32,000 nt of DNA from assembly GCF_000018105.1 (NCBI RefSeq), contig NC_009925.1:960001-992000 (forward strand), in the 5' to 3' direction. The notes beneath the pieces are model-generated. The model saw only the letters and a program-made list of their open reading frames with translations, ran no database searches and was not told where the DNA came from. A program made the position numbers and the translations under genes. Positions 25,741 through 32,000 of the stretch are shown one piece after another. Source of the stretch: Acaryochloris marina MBIC11017. Lineage in GTDB: Bacteria; Cyanobacteriota; Cyanobacteriia; Thermosynechococcales; Thermosynechococcaceae. Positions within the stretch are counted from its first letter, which is position 1. Each line of letters begins with the position of its first letter.

Positions 25741-28700
25741 ATGTTCCGTTGGTTAAAATTTCTGGCTTTACAAGTTCCGCTAAGCACTTTTCTTCTGACA
25801 TTGTTTGCATTTGGAGATCTAGCAATTGCCCAAGGTAAAAAAGGACCACCATTTGTTTGCGACGGCAAATTTTTCATTGCCCAAGGGAAAACCGGTAAAG
25901 ATCCGACACAACTCTTTATTGTTGATACCAGTACTACGCCTTATCAGTTAGTACCAGTTGGAGGTACCAGTCCCGGGATTAAATACAATGCCATCGGTTT
26001 CAATGTTCAGGATGGTTTTATTTACGGCATACACCCTGGCACTGGCGAAGTCTATCGTATTGACGCCAATGGTGTAGCTACTTCAATGGGCATTCCCCCA
26101 GGATTACCCAGTAGTAGCTATTCAGGGGATGTTGCTCCTGATGGAACCTACTATATCCAGAGGGGTAACAAGCTCCATTTAATTGATGTTTCAGGTGCAA
26201 ATGCCCAATATCTGAAAACCATTAAACTTTCGGTTAATCCAGGCGTGGCCGATATTGCCTTTAACCCAGTTGATGGCAAATTGTATGGCGTAAATGCCGG
26301 TAAAGATCAAGTTGCAGTTATTGATCCAACCACAGGAAGCGTTACGTTCCAGCCTCAGAAAACCCCTATCAGCAAAGCAGTGGGTGGAACTTATTTTGAT
26401 GCCTTTGGCAATTTATTTGGTTATCACAACCAGGGAGAATTCTATCGGTTCGATGTTCAGTCTGGTACTGGAGCTTCAACCTTTCTTAGTAGTGCACCTA
26501 AAGTTAGTGCAAATGATGGGGCGTCTTGTACAGGGTCTCCAAAAATAGAAAAAATGGTATCACCTGAGGCTGTTAAGCCAGGTGGAATCGTTACCTACAC
26601 ATACAATGTTGTGAATCCTAACGGGTTCCCGTTGACGGTAGATTTTTTAGATAGTATGCCTGCCACTGATGGACGGGTTTATCAGCCCCTATCAGTAAAT
26701 AATCCGTTTGGAGGCACAGTTGATTTTTCAGATGACAACAAAACCTTTAATATTCAAGGCTTAACCATTCCAGCTAATAAATCTGGGCAAATTACAGTTG
26801 ATGTACAAATTCCTGAAGATGCGGAATTTGCAGTTGTTTTTAACCAAGCCTCCTTATCGGGAGATCAAATTCCACCAGGTCCAGATGGTTCAAAAACCTT
26901 ACTCTCGGATTATCCAGATAGTGGGGAATTTTATGACCCTACTCCCCTCAAAATTACCGAGTATGACTTAGGCATTTCCAAAACGGAATCAGCCGATCCA
27001 GTCAGTGTAGGGGAGAATTTAACCTATAACTTGACCGTCACTAACTTTGGCCCTGATACGGCTGAAGGAGTCACGGTTACTGAAAATCTGCCTGCTGGAG
27101 TCAATGTAGTTACACTACCTAGCAACTGTTCAGACTCGAGTGGAACGATCACCTGTAATCTTGGTGATCTCGTCAAAGATCAAGTTGTCAACATAGAAAT
27201 AGTAGTCTCTCCAACCCAAGAAGGAGAAATCGTCAACTCAGCCTCTGTAGAGAGCCCCCTAAGCGACTTGGTTGAAATTGATAAAAGTAATAATGACACA
27301 AAGATCGATACCACAGTCAGCAACGAAGCCAATCTTACGGTTGAGAAAAAAGATGCCACTGATCCGGTTGCCGTAGGAGACACGATTACCTACAAAATTG
27401 CAGTTACGAATAACGGTCCAGATCCCGCAACTGGGGTAGTGTTGACTGATGTTTTACCTGCAGGTGTGACATTTGTCTCAGTTGAAGATAGCAGCGGTCT
27501 GTTGAGTTGTGCTGAAACAAGTGGAACCATCACGTGCAAGCCCATTGATTTGGCAAATGGCGAGAGTGCAGTAATAGAAGTCACGGTCAAAGCTGATTCT
27601 TCTGGCACATTGACAAATTCCGCTAGTGCCAAAGGGAATGAAGATGATCCAGATCCTGATGACAATGAAGCTTCTGAAAATACAGTTGTAGAACCCAAAC
27701 CCAAACCGACTCCCGAGCCAGATCCAACTCCTGATCCTGACCCTGACCCAACCCCGGATCCAGATCCTGATCCAACCCCCAATCCAGACCCAGATCCTGA
27801 TCCGACAACTGATCCAGATCCAACGCCAGATCCTGATCCAGATCCAACGCCAGACCCAACCCCGGATCCAGATCCTGATCCAACTCCCGATCCAGCCCCA
27901 GATCCAACTCCCGATCCTGATCCAACCCCAGATCCAGATCCAGATCCAACTCCAGATCCAACGCCTAACCCAACCCCGGATCCAGATTCGACACCAGAGC
28001 CTGACCCTGACCCAGATCCAACTCCCGATCCTGATCCAACGCCAGATCCAGAACCTATTCCAACCCCAGATCCAGATCCAACCCCGGATCCAGATCCTGA
28101 TCCGACTCCCGATCCAGACCCAACTCCTGAGCCAGACCCAGATCCAGATCCGACACCAGATTCTGATCCAACGCCAGATCCTGATCCAGACCCAACTCCC
28201 GAGCCTGCTCCAGACCCAACTCCAGATCCTGCTCCTGCTCCAATATCAGATCCTGGTTCTGATCCAACGCCAGAGCCTGGTCCCTCTCCCGGACCTATTC
28301 CAATACCAGTTCCAGGACCAGCCTCAACACCGGATATTGGCCCTGATGGACCAGACCCCATTCCTAGTCCAACCCCAACACCCGAGCCTGCTCCCTCGTC
28401 TAGTCCAGCTCCAGGTGCAACACCTCCTGACAGTTCTAGTCCAAATTCAATTCCGTTCCCTGTGCCGTTCCCAGGATCGGGACCCTCACCTGGACCAGGA
28501 TCTGTACCAGGAGGAACACCTGCTCCGGGGTCAATCCCAGCACCTACAACAGGTACCCCTTCTACAGTGCCTTCAGGTATAGAAACACCTACTCCAGGAG
28601 CTGAAATACCTGTGTCAGAACCAGGAGGACAACTGCCTACTCCTGCGGATTCCCTACCTGACCCTGCAGAACGACCTGCTCCTCAGCAGGACACAGCAGC

Positions 28701-28752
28701 ACCATCACGGGATGATCCTCCGTCTCCCCCGCCTGTTAAAGCGCTTTGGTAA
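25741..28752 (+). CDS. Large secreted surface/adhesin-like protein: signal peptide, beta-propeller-like N-domain, DUF11-type repeats, long acidic X-Pro rod and Pro/Ser/Gly-rich tail
   Basis: GGGGGAG lies 6 nt upstream of the ATG. The signal peptide is FLLTLFAFGDLAIA/QG. There are two clear DUF11 (conserved repeat domain) units (DPVSVGENLTYNLTVTNFGPDTAEGVTVTENLPAGV and DPVAVGDTITYKIAVTNNGPDPATGVVLTDVLPAGV), plus a weaker one upstream. About 350 C-terminal residues are low-complexity. Confidence 0.8.
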   Translation: MFRWLKFLALQVPLSTFLLTLFAFGDLAIAQGKKGPPFVCDGKFFIAQGKTGKDPTQLFIVDTSTTPYQLVPVGGTSPGIKYNAIGFNVQDGFIYGIHPGTGEVYRIDANGVATSMGIPPGLPSSSYSGDVAPDGTYYIQRGNKLHLIDVSGANAQYLKTIKLSVNPGVADIAFNPVDGKLYGVNAGKDQVAVIDPTTGSVTFQPQKTPISKAVGGTYFDAFGNLFGYHNQGEFYRFDVQSGTGASTFLSSAPKVSANDGASCTGSPKIEKMVSPEAVKPGGIVTYTYNVVNPNGFPLTVDFLDSMPATDGRVYQPLSVNNPFGGTVDFSDDNKTFNIQGLTIPANKSGQITVDVQIPEDAEFAVVFNQASLSGDQIPPGPDGSKTLLSDYPDSGEFYDPTPLKITEYDLGISKTESADPVSVGENLTYNLTVTNFGPDTAEGVTVTENLPAGVNVVTLPSNCSDSSGTITCNLGDLVKDQVVNIEIVVSPTQEGEIVNSASVESPLSDLVEIDKSNNDTKIDTTVSNEANLTVEKKDATDPVAVGDTITYKIAVTNNGPDPATGVVLTDVLPAGVTFVSVEDSSGLLSCAETSGTITCKPIDLANGESAVIEVTVKADSSGTLTNSASAKGNEDDPDPDDNEASENTVVEPKPKPTPEPDPTPDPDPDPTPDPDPDPTPNPDPDPDPTTDPDPTPDPDPDPTPDPTPDPDPDPTPDPAPDPTPDPDPTPDPDPDPTPDPTPNPTPDPDSTPEPDPDPDPTPDPDPTPDPEPIPTPDPDPTPDPDPDPTPDPDPTPEPDPDPDPTPDSDPTPDPDPDPTPEPAPDPTPDPAPAPISDPGSDPTPEPGPSPGPIPIPVPGPASTPDIGPDGPDPIPSPTPTPEPAPSSSPAPGATPPDSSSPNSIPFPVPFPGSGPSPGPGSVPGGTPAPGSIPAPTTGTPSTVPSGIETPTPGAEIPVSEPGGQLPTPADSLPDPAERPAPQQDTAAPSRDDPPSPPPVKALW
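27691..28242 (+). repeat. In-frame degenerate tandem repeat (6-nt X-Pro period; recurring CCAGATCC(T/A)GATCCAAC(N)CC-type units) encoding about 92 consecutive X-Pro dipeptides
   Basis: Read directly: EPKPKPTPEPDPTPDPDPDPTPDP...PDPAPAP. Pro is replaced at only three even positions (TT, DS, DS). Confidence 0.9.
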
Positions 28753-28765
28753 GATCCATTCACAC

Positions 28766-28799
28766 AATAAGCTCTGGTAGACAAATACCAGAGCTTATT
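28766..28799. terminator. Perfect 14-bp stem / 6-nt loop hairpin between convergent genes (candidate bidirectional terminator)
   Basis: AATAAGCTCTGGTA-GACAAA-TACCAGAGCTTATT begins 14 nt after the surface-protein stop codon. There is no classical long U-tract, although the stem ends in TTATT. Confidence 0.5.
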
Positions 28800-28989
28800 A
28801 GTTACAAGATTGGATATTGGGAGGGACCTTTAGCTACGACTTGTTCAAAAGCTTGGTATGGAAAATTGGGGCTGGTTGCAAACCCAATATATTGAATAAT
28901 CGTTGAGAGTTTGAACCGTGCTACTCGTGACAGAATGAGCAGGCCATTTTCCTTGAGTTGCTTCCTTCTTCACAATCGCTAGCACTTTG

Positions 28990-30042
28990 TTACAAGCCTG
29001 CATGACCAATTGCTAAACCCGCTACAAGTGTCCCCAGAACGAGGAAAGGTTGGGCACTCGCTTGGTATTTCACGTCGTTTTTGACTGGATCGCGCAGAAA
29101 GTACATATCTTGGAAGGTAATTTGAGGAATGACCAGCAGAAACAGAATGACGGCATATAGGTTCTCGTGAATGCTGATTAGGAATAGTGCCATGCCAATC
29201 TGGAAAACATCGATCATCAACACACAAATCCAGGCAGCCTTTTCAATCCCAAATACAACTGGGAGGGACTTGAGACCTAATTCGCGATCGCCTTCGACGG
29301 CTTTGAAGTCGTTAATAATGGCAATGCCTAATCCTGACAGACTGTAGGCCAGCGTCAACACCATGACCTTGGGAGTAAGGGTGCCAAATAAGGCTTGGCC
29401 TGCCCACCAAGGCAGGGCAATGTAGCTGGCTCCTAAAGCAAAATTGCCTGTCCAGCCATTTTGTTTGAGCTTGATAGGGGGAGCCGAGTAAATAAATGAA
29501 ATAAAGGATCCGAAAATAGCAAGTACGGTTAAGGTGGGAAACTCATGGCCCGCCCAGCGATCAAGCCCGTAAGCAACCCCAATTCCAGCTCCAAGTAGAA
29601 CAAAAATTTGGGTTACAACTTGGGGAATGGAGATAGCGCCAGAGGGAATAGGACGGTAGGGCTCGTTAATGGCATCAATTTCGCGATCGTAGAAGTCATT
29701 GATGGTTTGGGTATATCCCGTCAACAAAGGCCCCGACATCACCATGCAAACGGCGGACATCAAAACATGTTCTAGAGTCCAGGTGAAATGACCTGATGCT
29801 GCGGCTCCACAAATCACCCCCCAGACAAGAGGGACCCAGGTAATGGGTTTCATTAGCTGCACGCGAATTTTCCAAATATTGGTATCGCCTGTATCAGCCC
29901 CTTTCATACCCAGTAATTGGCGAGCTGCACTACCTTGTTCAGTCGCTTCAGATGCTTCTACGGCTGATGGTTCTGAAGGGGTTGCTGTGGCCTCGGTATT
30001 GTCAGCAGAGGCAGGTACCTGGGATGGATCCGAATTAGCCAT
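28990..30042 (-). CDS. chlG: Chlorophyll a synthase
   Basis: UbiA-type prenyltransferase with WKIRVQLMKPITWVPLVWGVICGAAASG, NDFYDREIDAINEPYRPIPSG and INDFKAVEGDRELGLKSLPV motifs. The ATG at 30042 (MANSD...) is preferred over the GTG at 30087. Confidence 0.93.
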   Translation of the reverse strand: MANSDPSQVPASADNTEATATPSEPSAVEASEATEQGSAARQLLGMKGADTGDTNIWKIRVQLMKPITWVPLVWGVICGAAASGHFTWTLEHVLMSAVCMVMSGPLLTGYTQTINDFYDREIDAINEPYRPIPSGAISIPQVVTQIFVLLGAGIGVAYGLDRWAGHEFPTLTVLAIFGSFISFIYSAPPIKLKQNGWTGNFALGASYIALPWWAGQALFGTLTPKVMVLTLAYSLSGLGIAIINDFKAVEGDRELGLKSLPVVFGIEKAAWICVLMIDVFQIGMALFLISIHENLYAVILFLLVIPQITFQDMYFLRDPVKNDVKYQASAQPFLVLGTLVAGLAIGHAGL

Positions 30043-30133
30043 AGTAGTCGAGAGAAGATGGAGTACAAATTTGAGGTAAAGAAACACTGATCATGGTACC
30101 GCTTGATCGTGGATCTTCGCCTAAGTGGCCACT

Positions 30134-30604
30134 TTATAGGAGCTTGCGAATACGCCGAATATTGATGGCTCGACTGGAAATCGTGGCGGAGCGATCTGAC
30201 AGAAGGACATAAACTCCCCCTGCAAACTGTCCAGCTAAGCCAGAACGAAAATAGCTTAAGTATTCTCCCTCTGGCTCGGGGTCTGCAGTGTTGTCGGTAA
30301 TTTCATCCTCCAGCTCTTCTGGCTCAAATCCTATTTCTGCCAGCTTTTGGTTTAAGCGTGTTTGAAATCGGTTGCGATTTTCAAATGTGATGGCCATCGT
30401 TACATTGCGGTTGACAACGGTGCCAATTATTCCGGCCACCAAACCTGCCAGAGTGCTGTATTGACGTAGTTCAGGAGATGCAAAGGTAAAGGCAGCAGAC
30501 CGAGACCCTACAAACATCACAATGATGACTGTCATGCTGAAGTAATACAGGAAAGTTAATCCGATACCGGGTCCAGTTAGCTGTGTATCCTCTTGTTGAG
30601 CCAT
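30134..30604 (-). CDS. Conserved hypothetical membrane protein (two N-terminal TM segments, acidic linker)
   Basis: 156-aa ORF with an ATG start and TM stretches GIGLTFLYYFSMTVIIVMFV and YSTLAGLVAGIIGTVV. I cannot assign a family with confidence. Confidence 0.55.
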   Translation of the reverse strand: MAQQEDTQLTGPGIGLTFLYYFSMTVIIVMFVGSRSAAFTFASPELRQYSTLAGLVAGIIGTVVNRNVTMAITFENRNRFQTRLNQKLAEIGFEPEELEDEITDNTADPEPEGEYLSYFRSGLAGQFAGGVYVLLSDRSATISSRAINIRRIRKLL

Positions 30605-30809
30605 AGGGGGCTATTACTGATAGATGTGTGGGGAACAGTTCTGCCTTCAATGGCTACAACTGTGGCTTTGAAGACGAGTATTGCTGAGGCAAGGACGATC
30701 TTGCAACACAATCCTATCCTTGAGATCTCCAATGCACAAGCAATTACAGTATTACGAGGACAGCGTTTAGATCCTCTATTAACAGAGAATGTGGGTAAAT
30801 CTTAGTGGT

Positions 30810-31595
30810 TTACTTGATCTCACAGAAGTAATACAACCACATCTCTAAGATTGCTGGTAAGTCTTCATGACTGATCTCAATGCCTCTTTGCCATGAGTAG
30901 ACTTTTATATTTTTAAATCCTGATTCAAGTTGATCAAGCTGTTCTTGGGGGCGAATATGATAGGTGCGCAAGCGAAAATTGTGGGGTTCGTCTCGGATCA
31001 TGGCATGGGCCGAAGATTGGAGTTGTTTTAGGGAATAAGAGCGGTTAAAAAGTCTATATAATGCCCAAATGACGAGTTCTGTGTAGGTGTTGACGGGGTT
31101 GTAGCTGAGGTGCGATCGCCAATTAAATACCTGCTCCATCCCTTGAAGATTGTGGGTGGAAAAGCAGAAATAGCTGCCTGGTTTACCGACCCGCTGGATT
31201 TCTTGCAAGACCTGGATGCGATCGCAATGCTCAATATAGTCAATCCCATTGAAACTGAACAGAATAAAGTCAAAGGTGTTATCCGCAAAACAACTCATAT
31301 CCCGTGCATCGCATACCGCAAAGGAGTCGGGATCTATAGAATTTGCAAAGCGCTTTTGACAAGCACTGATCATCCCGGCTGAGTAGTCGATACCCCGATA
31401 ATTTGCAGCTAGCTTGGCAAAATGTTGGGTGGTTCGCCCTCCACCGACGCCCATATCCAGCATGCTCATGGTGGACAACTGATCTTTGAGTTGGCTCAGT
31501 ATGGCTGATTCAGCAGGTTGTAGCTGCTGGAGTTGAGTATAGTGCTGGATGATTCCACGGGACTCATAGGTCTTGAGATTCTGAAAATTAATCAT
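30810..31595 (-). CDS. Class I SAM-dependent methyltransferase
   Basis: Motif I MLDMGVGGGRTT, followed by an acidic residue (GIDYS) and motif II-like FDFILFSFNGIDY. Confidence 0.8.
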   Translation of the reverse strand: MINFQNLKTYESRGIIQHYTQLQQLQPAESAILSQLKDQLSTMSMLDMGVGGGRTTQHFAKLAANYRGIDYSAGMISACQKRFANSIDPDSFAVCDARDMSCFADNTFDFILFSFNGIDYIEHCDRIQVLQEIQRVGKPGSYFCFSTHNLQGMEQVFNWRSHLSYNPVNTYTELVIWALYRLFNRSYSLKQLQSSAHAMIRDEPHNFRLRTYHIRPQEQLDQLESGFKNIKVYSWQRGIEISHEDLPAILEMWLYYFCEIK

Positions 31596-31752
31596 TATTT
31601 AGATTCAACCCAGTTTCAAACCAAGGCTGAAGTATTCTAGCTGACAGTGTCCAGCCGCCCCAGTTTGCCCCATCCCTCTCCAGGCTCTGCCAAGACTCTA
31701 ATTGAAAGCGTTTATCCTTGCTTTGCTAGTCCAAGCCAAAACTCAACCGATA

Positions 31753-32000
31753 TTACTGAAGACTATAGGAGAAAGTCACTTTTCTGCGTATTACTCCCAA
31801 TCGTGATCGAAAGCGATTCTCCACTTGAATCGACGATGTATAAAAGACACTGCCACAGCAGGCTACAAAATAATTAATCCACAAATATAAGTTAAAAATA
31901 TTCGCGAGGGCAGCTAAGTAAAGATATCTTTTGCCAATATTAATGGCATCCACTCTGTCAATTTCATGTCCATGACACATCAACCGCCTGCCAATTTCAA
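31753..32000 (-). CDS. Hypothetical protein, probable 3-prime part of an ORF that continues beyond the window end
   Basis: The frame stays open from 31753 to the window edge (..EIGRRLMCHGHEIDRV...). The hydrophobic stretch YLYLAALANIFNLYLWINYFVACCG suggests a membrane protein. I recognise no family. Confidence 0.3.
   Translation of the reverse strand, partial: EIGRRLMCHGHEIDRVDAINIGKRYLYLAALANIFNLYLWINYFVACCGSVFYTSSIQVENRFRSRLGVIRRKVTFSYSLQ

Noticed and set aside
27691-28260. Regularly repeated short DNA units that at first glance could suggest a CRISPR-like or satellite array
   Set aside because: The period is 6 nt or small multiples, with no unique spacers. The array is entirely in frame inside a long CDS, and no cas genes or leader are present.
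27390-28361. 323-aa minus-strand ORF encoding GSGVGSGSG... repeats, plus the 27623-27961 and 28055-28267 LDLDLD-type ORFs
   Set aside because: These are shadow frames of the X-Pro repeat (CCN GAY read in reverse gives GS/GV/LD repeats). The plus-strand frame is continuous with a signal peptide and folded domains, so these are artefacts of repeat composition.
30593-30805. 70-aa plus-strand ORF in the gap between two minus-strand genes
   Set aside because: Its start overlaps the start codon region of the 30134-30604 gene. It has no RBS-like sequence or recognisable motif, so this is more likely promoter or UTR space for the minus-strand gene.

Overview
This window is a cyanobacterial chromosomal segment, and I found no convincing novel multi-gene system (defence, toxin-antitoxin, CRISPR, retron or phage-like). 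The cyanobacterial origin rests on a complete kaiA-kaiB-kaiC clock cluster, psbZ, chlG and 12 perfect HIP1 octamers (GCGATCGC). Most genes are ordinary housekeeping genes. In order along the window:
- a DevB/DevC-type ABC exporter with a divergent TetR regulator
- a GT2-TPR glycosyltransferase and kaiCBA
- a GATase1-like protein, glgB and a YbjN-like protein
- cysE, tadA and a MIF-family tautomerase
- a ProA-like protein, tRNA-Gly(GCC), ribH and psbZ
- a DHH/CBS-fused CCA-type nucleotidyltransferase
- an AapQ/AapM/AapP-like amino-acid ABC importer
- chlG and a SAM methyltransferase

Two accessory-looking parts stand out. An 898-bp IS5-family element with perfect inverted repeats and a 3-bp target duplication sits inside a secreted glycoside-hydrolase-like gene. 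A 1003-aa secreted DUF11-repeat protein has a last third that is an almost strictly alternating X-Pro tract encoded by slippery tandem DNA repeats.

The items most worth follow-up:
1. the restorable IS insertion
2. the X-Pro rod protein
3. a ProA paralogue whose catalytic Cys appears replaced by Val, possibly co-transcribed with a small Cys4 membrane protein
4. paired operator-like palindromes between tetR and devB
5. an apparent 1-nt frameshift in the devC-like gene

All family assignments come from reading motifs by eye and from memory. No searches were run.
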